From assembly GCA_963737265.1 (NCBI GenBank), contig CAVTRY010000006.1, positions 75,752 through 139,751 on the forward strand: a stretch of 64,000 nucleotides of DNA, read 5' to 3'. The DNA comes from an uncultured delta proteobacterium. Lineage in GTDB: Bacteria; Myxococcota_A; Polyangia; Fen-1088. This document shows positions 29,477-38,982 of this stretch, one piece after another (the first letter of the stretch is position 1; every line of letters begins with the position of its first letter). A program made the position numbers and the translations under genes. Below the pieces are notes generated by a model, which had not been told where the DNA came from, searched no databases, and was given only the letters and a program-made list of their open reading frames with translations.

Positions 29477-30718
29477 GTGATGGACCTGAACCTCAAAGCC
29501 CGGAGAACGAGCGAAGGCATGCCCGGCCTGACCACCGATGACAAGTCCGGCATCCCCCAGGGTCCGCTCGGCGACGATCTGTCCGTCCCGAATCCGCCGG
29601 CCGAGCCGGGCCCCATTTTGACCTTGTCGGCGGAAGAGATTACGCGTTTCTTCGTGCGATCGCGCCGCGACCAAGACACCGAGCGCTGGGACGTGCGTCT
29701 GGACGCGGCCTTGCGCGAGATCCTGGAACGCGCCAACGAATTCGTGCCTTCCGAAGCGGGCGGCATCCTGCTCGACGATCCGCGCGCCACCCTGGCGGGC
29801 GTGCGCACGCCGCGCTTGACGTTCATCGCGGTTTACGGACCCGATTCTGGGCAGCTGCTCGGCAAGCGCATGCCTTCGGATCGGGGTTTCGTCGGCCAAA
29901 TCTATCGTTCCGGCAATTCCTACCGTAGCGACCACTTGGACGCGGAGGATCCACTGCTGACAGTGCCAGCCCGCGCTTCCGGTTCAGCCGTGGTCTCGGT
30001 CATCGGCGTTCCGGTGTTGGTTGGGAATTCCATCTGCGGCGTGCTCGAGCTGACCAATCGGCGTTCGGGCGGACCTTATTCGGCGCGCGACAACGAGCTT
30101 TTGCGCATCTTCGCCGCTTACATGTCGTCGTCGATCCAAAACGCCCTCGACGCCCTTCGCGCGCGCGCCCTGGCCCGCCTCGATCACCTGACCGGGCTAT
30201 TCAACAGCCGCTATTTTCACGTTCGCCTGCAGGATGAAATCGCTCACGCCGATCACAACGGCACCGACCTGTGCCTGCTTTTCATCGACCTCGACTATTT
30301 CAAGGTCGTCAACGATCGCTTCGGACACGTGGCGGGTAGCTGGACCCTGCGCGAGGTGGCGCGCCTGCTGTCCGAAAACGCTCCACCGGCAACCGTGCTT
30401 GCCCGCTACGGCGGCGACGAGTTCGTGGCCATCTTGCCGGGCGCGGATTTGCAGCGCGCTCTGCAGACCGCCGACCTGCTTCGCCGGGTTATCCAAGAGG
30501 CGTCGTTCTTCGACGCGGACACCGAAGCCGCCGAGGCGGTGCAACCCCTGCCCGGCGTGCGCGCCTCGATTGGCGTGGCCTCGTACCGCGACCACCTGGC
30601 GCCAAGCGGAAACCAGCGCCGTCGCGAAAATCTGCTACTTCGTCTGGCGGACACGGCCATGTATCGCGCCAAGGCCAATGGCCGCAACCGCGTCGAAGTG
30701 GCGGAGGCGGAGGATTAG
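29477..30718 (+). CDS. GAF-GGDEF diguanylate cyclase
   Basis: GAF (GFVGQIY, VIGVPV, GVLELTNR); DHLTGLFN; intact GGDEF; no RxxD I-site. Confidence 0.92.
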   Translation: MMDLNLKARRTSEGMPGLTTDDKSGIPQGPLGDDLSVPNPPAEPGPILTLSAEEITRFFVRSRRDQDTERWDVRLDAALREILERANEFVPSEAGGILLDDPRATLAGVRTPRLTFIAVYGPDSGQLLGKRMPSDRGFVGQIYRSGNSYRSDHLDAEDPLLTVPARASGSAVVSVIGVPVLVGNSICGVLELTNRRSGGPYSARDNELLRIFAAYMSSSIQNALDALRARALARLDHLTGLFNSRYFHVRLQDEIAHADHNGTDLCLLFIDLDYFKVVNDRFGHVAGSWTLREVARLLSENAPPATVLARYGGDEFVAILPGADLQRALQTADLLRRVIQEASFFDADTEAAEAVQPLPGVRASIGVASYRDHLAPSGNQRRRENLLLRLADTAMYRAKANGRNRVEVAEAED

Positions 30719-30719
30719 A

Positions 30720-31187
30720 ATGCGCAGCTCTCGGTGGGTGCTGATTGCCATATGCTTGCTGCTTGGTGCCTGCTTCCAGGACAGCACTCCTCAGGTCAGC
30801 ACGTATTTGCCGCTCAACTATCAGCCTCTATTCCAGACCGTGCGCACCTGCCGCCTGCTCGCGGCAGCGCCGCACAACAATAGCTATCAGGTCGTGCTTG
30901 CCAATGACGTGGCCTACGACCCGTACACGAATGCCGACTATCCGCTGCCCCAGGGCAGCGTCGTCGTAGCCGAAGAGCACGGCGGCGACTCAAGTTGTAG
31001 CAGCGGCGGCGTTACCGGATTTTATCTCATGTCCAAGCAGCAGCCGGGCTACGACAGCGCGGCAAACGATTGGCGCTGGCAACAGCTCGATGCCAACCAG
31101 CGCCTGCTTGCGGACGGCCATCTGAAGACGTGCTCGACCTGCCACGCGAACTGCGCGGTCTACGACTTCCTCTGCTCGCGCCCCTGA
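30720..31187 (+). CDS. Cytochrome P460/c'-beta family lipoprotein
   Basis: LGAC lipobox; PQGSVVVAEE, MSKQQPGYD...DWRW, C-terminal CSTCH. Confidence 0.75.
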   Translation: MRSSRWVLIAICLLLGACFQDSTPQVSTYLPLNYQPLFQTVRTCRLLAAAPHNNSYQVVLANDVAYDPYTNADYPLPQGSVVVAEEHGGDSSCSSGGVTGFYLMSKQQPGYDSAANDWRWQQLDANQRLLADGHLKTCSTCHANCAVYDFLCSRP

Positions 31188-31193
31188 GAGACA

Positions 31194-33110
31194 GTGCCGG
31201 CCAAACGCCCAGCCCCGTGTGGAACCTGGCCGTCGGCACTGACGGCCGACTTGGTCGCCACGGGCGGCGTCCGCCCGCAAGGGCTGTGGCTCGACGGCGA
31301 GGACACGTACTGGGTGGAAAGTCGGCCGGCCGAGCAGGGCCGCCTGACTCTTCTTCGCCGGCGTCCCTGGGGCGATACCGAGGAAATTGTCCCTGCGCCT
31401 TTCAGTGTGCGCACGCGGGTTCACGAGTACGGTGGCGGCGCCTTCGCGGTAGCGGACGGCGTCGTGGTCTTCGCCAACGACGCCGACCAGCGCCTGTATC
31501 GCACAGACGCCACCCGGCCCACGCCGTGGCAGCCTGTGGCGCTGACCGCGCCCGCTGCGATCCGCTATGCCGATCTCCAGCTCGATCCTGGGCGCCCGCG
31601 CTTGCTCTGCGTCGCCGAACACGCGCGCCAACGGCACGAGCCAGAGAATTTCATCGCCAGCGTGGCACTCGCAACCGGCGAAGTGCAACCGCTGGTGCGC
31701 GGCGCCGACTTCTATGCATTTCCCCGCCTCGATCCGGCCGGGCGTCGGCTGGCCTTCATCGCGTGGAATCACCCGGCCATGCCGTGGGACGAAAGCGAGC
31801 TTTATCTGGCCGAGATCAGCGCCGACGGCTCGCTGACACCGCCGGTGAAGGTGGCGGGCGGCGCCGGCGAATCCATCTTCCAACCCGCGTGGTCACCGTC
31901 GGGCGAGCTGCACTTCGTTTCGGATCGCAACGGCTTTTCCAACCTGCACCGATTGACCTCCAACGGAGGCGTCGAGTGCCTGGCCGCGATGGAGGCGGAC
32001 TTCTCGTCACCGCTGTGGGTGTTTGGTCTTTCGACCTACGCGTGGCTCGATGAACGAGCCATCGTTTGTCTGTTTCAGAAATCGGGCATGTGGCATCTGG
32101 CGACGCTGGAGAATGGTCGGCTTGCGCTGGTGGACACCGCGCTGACCGAGCTCGGGCTACTTCACGCCCGCGCCGGTCGCGCCGTGTTTGTCGCTGGCTC
32201 GGCCGCAAAGCCATCCGCGCTCTACGCCTTCGACGGCGGGAGCCGCGAGGTCGCGCTTCTTCATCGTCCGGCCTTCGCCCCTGTCGCCGCCGACGCCATC
32301 GCGCACCCTCAAGCCATTACTTTTTCGACGTCGGGCGCCGCGGTCGCCCACGCGCTTCTGTACTTGCCGATCCATCCTGACTACGCGCCGATGCCCGACG
32401 AACGCCCGCCGCTGCTGGTGGTTTGTCACGGCGGCCCGACCGCATCGACCTCCACCGCGCTCAACCTGAACACGCAGTTTTGGACCAGTCGCGGGTTCGC
32501 CGTCCTCGACGTCAACTACCGCGGCTCGACCGGCTACGGCCGCGCCTATCGCAAGGCGCTCGACGGACAATGGGGCGTGGCGGACGCCGAGGATTGCGTG
32601 GCTGGCGCGCGCCTGCTGGCCGAGCGGGGCATCGTCGACGGCGCGCGCATGGCCATTCGCGGTTCGAGCGCGGGCGGGTTGACGGTGCTGTGCGCGCTGG
32701 CTTTTCATCGCGTGTTCGCCGCCGGTGCCAGCTACTACGGCGTGTGCGATCTGGAGGCGCTGGCGCAGGACACGCACAAATTCGAAAGCCACTACCTCGA
32801 ATCCCTCATCGGTCCTTACCCGGCGCGAGCCGATCTTTACCGCGCGCGCTCGCCCATCCATGCCGCCCTTCGCCTGTCGTGCCCGGTCATTTTCTTTCAG
32901 GGTCAGCAGGATCGCGTGGTGCCGCCCGCGCAGGCCGAGCGCATGGTGGCGGCCCTGCGCGGCCGCAGCTTGGCTGCCCCGCTCGTGTTATTTCCCGACG
33001 AGCAGCACGGTTTCCGGCGCGGCGAAAACATCCGACGCGCCCTCACCGACGAGCTTCGTTTCTACTGCGAGGTCTTCGGAATTCGTTCGGACGATGCCCG
33101 CGGCGCCTAG
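31194..33110 (+). CDS. S9 family serine peptidase (prolyl oligopeptidase/acylaminoacyl peptidase)
   Basis: HGGPT, VNYRGSTGYG, catalytic GSSAGG, QDRVVP, EQHGF. Confidence 0.93.
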   Translation: MPAKRPAPCGTWPSALTADLVATGGVRPQGLWLDGEDTYWVESRPAEQGRLTLLRRRPWGDTEEIVPAPFSVRTRVHEYGGGAFAVADGVVVFANDADQRLYRTDATRPTPWQPVALTAPAAIRYADLQLDPGRPRLLCVAEHARQRHEPENFIASVALATGEVQPLVRGADFYAFPRLDPAGRRLAFIAWNHPAMPWDESELYLAEISADGSLTPPVKVAGGAGESIFQPAWSPSGELHFVSDRNGFSNLHRLTSNGGVECLAAMEADFSSPLWVFGLSTYAWLDERAIVCLFQKSGMWHLATLENGRLALVDTALTELGLLHARAGRAVFVAGSAAKPSALYAFDGGSREVALLHRPAFAPVAADAIAHPQAITFSTSGAAVAHALLYLPIHPDYAPMPDERPPLLVVCHGGPTASTSTALNLNTQFWTSRGFAVLDVNYRGSTGYGRAYRKALDGQWGVADAEDCVAGARLLAERGIVDGARMAIRGSSAGGLTVLCALAFHRVFAAGASYYGVCDLEALAQDTHKFESHYLESLIGPYPARADLYRARSPIHAALRLSCPVIFFQGQQDRVVPPAQAERMVAALRGRSLAAPLVLFPDEQHGFRRGENIRRALTDELRFYCEVFGIRSDDARGA

Positions 33111-33608
33111 CTAGCCCGGTTCGGGGCCGCCCGCCTGTCGCATGTGCGCGATCACGCTCTCTTCCATGAGGTCTTCCATGGTCTGTCCGCCGTAGCGAGC
33201 GGCGATGCGATCGTCGTACTCGTCGGCCACGAAGGCGAAATCGCGGATGGTTTCCAGGAACTGGTTGCGGTCGCCAAGATCGCGGTCTAGCAGTGTATGG
33301 CACAGAACAATGGCCCGCCCTTCGGGAACGAAGGCGAACGCGCCAAAACGCAGGACCGCGTTGAGCTGGAGCAATTCCACCGCGAGGGTGCACTCCATGG
33401 TCACGCCTTTGACGAGCTGGGCAACCAAACGCACCAAGGAGTGGTCCTTCCACGGATGCACCTTGATCATGATCATCGACGTGCCTTGTTTCACCGCGTA
33501 AAGGCCATCCTCGACCTTGCGGTAGGCATGGCTGTCGCCCAGCATCTTCTCGATTTTCTGGCTGGAGGCCTGGACTGCTGCGCGGGCACGCGCCTTTCTT
33601 TCGGGCAT
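33111..33608 (-). CDS. YbjN/CesT-type chaperone-fold protein
   Basis: QGTSMIMIKV, LLQLNAVLRFGAF, HTLLDRDL, ADEYDDRIAARYGG. Confidence 0.7.
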   Translation of the reverse strand: MPERKARARAAVQASSQKIEKMLGDSHAYRKVEDGLYAVKQGTSMIMIKVHPWKDHSLVRLVAQLVKGVTMECTLAVELLQLNAVLRFGAFAFVPEGRAIVLCHTLLDRDLGDRNQFLETIRDFAFVADEYDDRIAARYGGQTMEDLMEESVIAHMRQAGGPEPG

Positions 33609-33677
33609 TCATGATCGGTATCACGAAGTTGGCCTCTTGCGAAGCCCACGCTTGCGTTACGGTTCGTTACTTTCTCG

Positions 33678-35108
33678 TCACGTGTCTTGGCGATCGTGCC
33701 GGGCGATACCCAAGGTGCGCATTTTCTTGTGCAGGTTCGTGCGCTCGAGGCCGAGAACCTGGGCGGTGCGCGAGATGTTCCAGTCGTTTTCGTCGAGCTT
33801 GGCGCGGACGTACTGGCGTTCGACCATGTCGCGCAATTCACGCAAGGGCAGATCCTTCGCCTCGGCCGGAAGGTCGAAATTTCCCACGGCAGGCACGGGC
33901 CGACCTCGTCGCGACACCTCGGCCACTATTTCCTCGGGTAAATCCTCAACGCCGATCTTCTCGTCCGAAAGGATGACCAAGCGTTCGATCACGTTGCGCA
34001 GCTCGCGCACATTGCCTGGCCAGGCGTAGCCCGTGAGAATTTCAACGGCCTCGGGCGCGATGTCCTTGGCGTGCAGTCCGTTTTCGCGCGCAATCTGGGT
34101 CACGAAGGACTTGCACAGAAGGGGAATGTCGAGCGTACGGTCACGCAGCGGCGGCGCGCGCAAGGGAACGACGGCCAAGCGGAAATACAGATCCTCGCGA
34201 AATTGTCCCGCCGCCACGGCGGCCTGCAAATCGCGATTGGTCGCGGCCAGCACGCGCACGTCGACCTTCAAGCTGGTCTCGCTGCCGACGCGGGACAACT
34301 CGCCCGATTGCAGCACGCGCAACACCTTGGCCTGCGCCGACAGACTCATGTCGCCAATCTCGTCGAGGAAGATGGTGCCGCCGTCAGCCAATTCGAACAG
34401 TCCTTTTTTGCGCGCGGCCGCGCCGGTAAACGCCCCACGTTCGTGCCCGAACAATTCGGACTCGATGAGCTCGGGCGGGATGGCCGCGCAATTCACCTTG
34501 ATGAAGGGCCGGTCGCGCAGCGGGCTCTCGCGATGGATGGCGCGCGCGATCAGCTCCTTGCCGGTGCCCGATTCGCCCGTGATGAGCACGCGCGTGCGGG
34601 TAGGCGCGACCTTTGCGATCTGCGCGTACAGCGCCGCCATCACCGGGCTCTGTCCGACCATTTCGAATCGACCCTCGGCCAGTGCGCGCAGACCAACCAC
34701 TTCGCTCACCATCGCCCGGCGTTCGAGGGCGTTGCGCAAGGTGACCATCAGGCGTTCACGGTCGAGCGGCTTTTCCAAAAAATCGTAGGCGCCGGCCTTG
34801 GTCGCCCGAACCGCGTCGGCCAGGGTGCCGTGTCCGGAAATCATGATCGCAATCGGCTCGGGCTGGGTCCGGCTTCCTTCTTCCTCTTGGCTGCGCGCCT
34901 TGTGCAACGACTCCAGCACCTCGTGCCCGGAGACGCCCGGCAGTTGGACATCGAGGAGAATCACATCGGGCGCGATATCGGGCAGCCTCGCCAGGGCTTC
35001 CTCGCCGCTCGACGCCTCGTCGACCGTGTAGCCCTCGCCCTCAAGAACCATGCGCACGGTTCGCCGGATGTTCTTCTCGTCATCAACGATGAGGATCGTA
35101 GTCGTCAT
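33678..35108 (-). CDS. Sigma54-dependent response regulator (REC-AAA+-HTH)
   Basis: IVDDE, LLDV; GESGTGKE, GAFTGA, FLDEI, WPGNVREL; Fis-type HTH. Confidence 0.94.
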   Translation of the reverse strand: MTTTILIVDDEKNIRRTVRMVLEGEGYTVDEASSGEEALARLPDIAPDVILLDVQLPGVSGHEVLESLHKARSQEEEGSRTQPEPIAIMISGHGTLADAVRATKAGAYDFLEKPLDRERLMVTLRNALERRAMVSEVVGLRALAEGRFEMVGQSPVMAALYAQIAKVAPTRTRVLITGESGTGKELIARAIHRESPLRDRPFIKVNCAAIPPELIESELFGHERGAFTGAAARKKGLFELADGGTIFLDEIGDMSLSAQAKVLRVLQSGELSRVGSETSLKVDVRVLAATNRDLQAAVAAGQFREDLYFRLAVVPLRAPPLRDRTLDIPLLCKSFVTQIARENGLHAKDIAPEAVEILTGYAWPGNVRELRNVIERLVILSDEKIGVEDLPEEIVAEVSRRGRPVPAVGNFDLPAEAKDLPLRELRDMVERQYVRAKLDENDWNISRTAQVLGLERTNLHKKMRTLGIARHDRQDT

Positions 35109-35118
35109 GCGTGCACCA

Positions 35119-36018
35119 TTAGAGCAGCGATCCAAGACGAGTCAACGCGCGCAACGAGGAGACGCAGGAGCCGACCCAGGGTTCGAGCCCCGTTTCGGGC
35201 AGAATCTGTGCGGGCAGGAACACGCGGTAGTCGACGACGCGGATGGGCTCCGCGCCGTCGTGCGCGGCACGCGCGTTCTCGCCGTCGACGAAATCGAGAA
35301 TGCGTCCGAGGGCGTGCACGGCGGCCAGGTTCTTGTCGTGCAGAAGCAGGATCACCGGACCCTGGGCGTGGCCGAGGACATGCGTGGCGTACTTGACGAT
35401 GGCGTCCTCGTCCCCGCCGCGCCATTCCTGCGGATCCATGTTCCAGCCCACCTGGATCACGTCGCGTTCGGCCAGCGCGCGGTCGAGCTCGCGGCAGCGC
35501 GCACCGTAAGGCGAACGAAAAAGCAAAGGCCGCACACCGGTCGCGTAGGCGATGATCTCGGAAGCTCTGTCGATCTCGGCCGCCATCGAATCGCGCTCTT
35601 GGCAAAGATTCTTGTGATTCATGGTGTGGTTGCCCACCAGGTGGCCGTGGGTGGCAAGCTTGCGCAGAAGATCGCGCCGAGCCACGTCCTCGGGTCGCCC
35701 GCGCACGATGTGGTGTCCGTTGACGAAGAACACCGCCTTGAGCCCGCGTCGGGTAAGCTCGTCGAGAAGTAGCGGCGTGCCCACCAGATCGGGTCCGTCG
35801 TCGAAGGTGAGCAGCAAGCTGCGGCCTTTGTGAAGGGCCCTGGGGTCACGCGCGGACGCCGGATCGCTCGGGAGCGGTCGGAGAAATCGTGGGAAATTCG
35901 CAACGCCGTCTTCGTGGCGCGGTTCGGACCGCACGTCGACCGGGCCCGCGAGCGCGTGCGGGACGGAGCTCTCGCTGCCGCCGAGCCCAGGCGGCGGCAG
36001 CGAGATACACGCGGCCAC
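35119..36018 (-). CDS. Polysaccharide deacetylase (CE4/NodB)
   Basis: LTFDDGP, GNHTMNH, FRSPYG, DPQEW, LLLHD; start uncertain (in-frame GTG at 36018 used). Confidence 0.85.
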   Translation of the reverse strand: MAACISLPPPGLGGSESSVPHALAGPVDVRSEPRHEDGVANFPRFLRPLPSDPASARDPRALHKGRSLLLTFDDGPDLVGTPLLLDELTRRGLKAVFFVNGHHIVRGRPEDVARRDLLRKLATHGHLVGNHTMNHKNLCQERDSMAAEIDRASEIIAYATGVRPLLFRSPYGARCRELDRALAERDVIQVGWNMDPQEWRGGDEDAIVKYATHVLGHAQGPVILLLHDKNLAAVHALGRILDFVDGENARAAHDGAEPIRVVDYRVFLPAQILPETGLEPWVGSCVSSLRALTRLGSLL

Positions 36019-36128
36019 AACGACAACGGCAAATGGGCGTCCGACGAGCACGATGGTCGGAAGTCTAACAGAAGCCGGCGGAGCCAGTTTCGCCGGGCTG
36101 TGTTTTCCAAGAGGAACGCGGTCTAGAT

Positions 36129-36599
36129 CTAGAATGGGATATCGTCGTCGCCGGGGGGTGGCGACGGGCCGTCTGCGGCGGCGGGGGCGGGGGCTTGCGC
36201 GTCCTCGCTCCAACCGCGCTTGGAGCGCGCGCCGCCGCCGGCACCGCCCTCGGCAGCGCCGGGACCTTGGCCACCGCCGAGGAAGACCACGCGATCGGCG
36301 ACCACCTCGGTGCTGTAGCGCTTTTTGCCTTCCTTGTCGTCCCAGGAACGCGTCTGGATGCGCCCCTCGACGTAGACCATGCGGCCCTTGCTCAGGTACT
36401 TCGAGCAGTGCTCGGCCTGCTCGCCCCACACATTCACCCGGTGCCACTCGACGCGCTCTTGCTTCTGGCCGCCCTTGTCTTTCCACACCTCGTTGGTGGC
36501 AATGCTGAGATTGCACACCGGCCGGTTGCTTGGCGTGTACTTCAGCTCGGGATCGGCCCCGAGGTTTCCAACCAGAATGACTTTGTTGACACTACCCAT
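36129..36599 (-). CDS. ssb: Single-stranded DNA-binding protein
   Basis: [33 protein letters not shown]-terminal DDDIPF. Confidence 0.97.
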   Translation of the reverse strand: MGSVNKVILVGNLGADPELKYTPSNRPVCNLSIATNEVWKDKGGQKQERVEWHRVNVWGEQAEHCSKYLSKGRMVYVEGRIQTRSWDDKEGKKRYSTEVVADRVVFLGGGQGPGAAEGGAGGGARSKRGWSEDAQAPAPAAADGPSPPPGDDDIPF

Positions 36600-36784
36600 G
36601 GTGACTCGGCCTCCTTGCCAGCGTGATGTTGTTTTTGCCACCTTCCCGCCGGCTTATCAATCCCAGGTTGTCCGCCGGCCGGCGGTGGCGACTAATCGGT
36701 TATCGGAAACGCCGTCGCGGAAGTTGCGTTCAGGCGGGATGGAAATGCATTCCACCACGGCGCGCGCGTTATAGTCGTCGGGCC

Positions 36785-38890
36785 ATGTCGCTCGCACCGC
36801 TTGCCTTGCTCGCCCTGACCGCCTCCGCCCCGGCAAAGGCGCGCGAACCGGCCGGCGCATTCGCCGACGCCATGGCCGCGTTCCGCGCGGGCGATTACGC
36901 GAAAGCCGCGCGCACCCTGCCAGCGCTCGGCGATGCCTTGCCTAGGAACAGGGACTACTACCTCCATTTTCTCGGCGAAAGTCAGTTCTACGCCGGCGCC
37001 TATGCCAGGGCCGGCACCACGTTTTCCGAGCTCGGCAAATTGCGCGATTCGCGTTTTGCCGCCGGGGCGCCCTGGCGCGCGGCCGATTGTCTGTGGATGG
37101 AAGACAGGCGCGCGGAGGCGGCCGCGGCGTACGGCAAGCTCCTGGCTGGCAAGTCGGCTGGGGACACCGCGGTGGCGCGCTTCCATTTGGCCGAAGTGCA
37201 GGCCGAGGCAGCGGCTCACGCGGGCGGCAAGCGCGGCGCGATGGAAGCCGCCGCGCGCGCCTTCATGCATATTCACATCGATTTTCCCGCACATCCTCTG
37301 GGAATCGAGGCCGGCAAGCGCGCCGCCGCGCTGGCTCCCGCTGCGACCGCGGCTGAGGCGAAGACCGGGCCCGCGCCTCAAGAGCGCTTGCAGCGTGCCG
37401 CGACGCTGTCGCAGGGACACCACTGGCAAGAAGCGCTCGACGAGCTTTTGCGCCTGCCGGCTGTGCTGCCCGCGGATCTGGCGGCCCAGCGCGCCCTGGC
37501 CATGGGCATGGCCAGGTATCACGCCCGGCGCGACTATGCCGGGGCCGCCGAGTTGCTGCTGGCGGTGGCGGCCAAGCTGCCGGCGGACAAGGCAGCGTTT
37601 GCCACTTTCCACGGCGCGCGCGCCCTGTCGCGCATCGATCGCGATGACGAGGCCATCGCCAACTACCGCATGGTCGTTGCCAGGTATCCCGGTGCGAGCT
37701 GGGCCGCCGAAGCGCAATTTCGCGCCGGCTGGCTCGAAATCAACCGCGGCCATTTTCGCGAGGCCTTGCCCGATTTGCGCCAGACCCTCGCCCGCTACCC
37801 GAAAAGCGCGTTTGCCGACGATGCCGCCTGGTATCTCGCGCTCGCGTACGACTTGCTCGGCGATTGGGCGCAGGCGCTCAAGGCCATCGCGACCTACGAG
37901 CAGGTCGCGCCGAGAAGAAACGAGGATGTGGCCATGCGCGTGCTCTACTGGCGCGCGCGCATCCTGGCGCAAGCTGGTCAGGCCGATGAAGCCAGGCACC
38001 TGCTGCGCGACTGCGCCGTTCGTGCGCCTTTTCACTACTACGCCTTGCTCGCGCGCGCGCGCCTTCGCGAGTTGGGCGAATCGATCCCCCTGCCGCCGAT
38101 TCCCGGTCAGGCTGCCGAGCCCGCGCCCCTGCGCGATCCTGTGGTCTTGCGTGCCCTGGAGCTCGACCGGGCGGGCCTGACAGTTGAGGCCGGGAGCGAG
38201 CTTGCGCGCGGCGAAGCGGGCATCGTCAAACGGAACGGCAAGGCGCGCGCCCTGCCCTACCTGCTTGCCGCTTACCCGCGCTTGGCAGCCTTTCACCGCG
38301 CCTACAAGCTCGCCGAAGCCAACGGCGACGCCGGGCTGGGCGCGGATGCGCGCTGGTTCTGGAAAGCCGACTATCCTCGCGCTTATGCCGACGCTGTCGA
38401 GACTTACGGTCGGGCCGCGGGGAATCCTGACCTCTTCGTCTACTCCATCATGCGCAAGGAATCGGGCTACTTTCCCTTCGCGGTTTCCTCGTCCGATGCT
38501 CGTGGACTCTTGCAGCTCATCCCATCCACCGGCGAGTCGGTCGCCCACAAGCTCGGACTTGCATCGTATTCCGACGAGCTGTTCGATCCCGATACCAACA
38601 TCCACCTCGGCGCGACCTACCTCGGCGATCTTCTGCGCCGCTTTAGCGGCCAGGAGGCCTTGGCGGCAGGCGCTTACAACGCCGGCGCGCGCGCCATGAT
38701 CCGCTGGTGCGACCAGTGGGGCGGGCGGCCGCTCGACGAGTTCGTCGAGCTTGTCACCTACGATCAGGCCCGCGAATACATCAAACGCGTGCTCGGCATC
38801 TATGCACGCTACCGCCAAATCTACGGCCAGCCGTTCGAGCTGTCTCTAACCGTGAACCCGCAGTATCTGAAAGACGGCCCGGACTTTTAA
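36785..38890 (+). CDS. Soluble lytic transglycosylase with TPR repeats
   Basis: Signal peptide, TPR helices, IMRKESGY (catalytic Glu), ARGLLQLIP, AYNAG, YIKRV. Confidence 0.9.
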   Translation: MSLAPLALLALTASAPAKAREPAGAFADAMAAFRAGDYAKAARTLPALGDALPRNRDYYLHFLGESQFYAGAYARAGTTFSELGKLRDSRFAAGAPWRAADCLWMEDRRAEAAAAYGKLLAGKSAGDTAVARFHLAEVQAEAAAHAGGKRGAMEAAARAFMHIHIDFPAHPLGIEAGKRAAALAPAATAAEAKTGPAPQERLQRAATLSQGHHWQEALDELLRLPAVLPADLAAQRALAMGMARYHARRDYAGAAELLLAVAAKLPADKAAFATFHGARALSRIDRDDEAIANYRMVVARYPGASWAAEAQFRAGWLEINRGHFREALPDLRQTLARYPKSAFADDAAWYLALAYDLLGDWAQALKAIATYEQVAPRRNEDVAMRVLYWRARILAQAGQADEARHLLRDCAVRAPFHYYALLARARLRELGESIPLPPIPGQAAEPAPLRDPVVLRALELDRAGLTVEAGSELARGEAGIVKRNGKARALPYLLAAYPRLAAFHRAYKLAEANGDAGLGADARWFWKADYPRAYADAVETYGRAAGNPDLFVYSIMRKESGYFPFAVSSSDARGLLQLIPSTGESVAHKLGLASYSDELFDPDTNIHLGATYLGDLLRRFSGQEALAAGAYNAGARAMIRWCDQWGGRPLDEFVELVTYDQAREYIKRVLGIYARYRQIYGQPFELSLTVNPQYLKDGPDF

Positions 38891-38893
38891 GAA

Positions 38894-38925
38894 GAAGGGT
38901 CCGGAGCTTTCGCGCCGAACCCTTC
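38894..38925 (-). terminator. Intrinsic terminator between convergent slt and ompA-like genes
   Basis: Minus strand GAAGGGTTCGGCGC-GAAA-GCTCCGGACCCTTC followed by TTCTT; T-rich tract also follows on the plus strand. Confidence 0.65.
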
Positions 38926-38982
38926 CTCTGTTTTCTCTCTGTTTTCTTTCGTCACCGCACCGGGCGGCGCGATCCCATTGAC

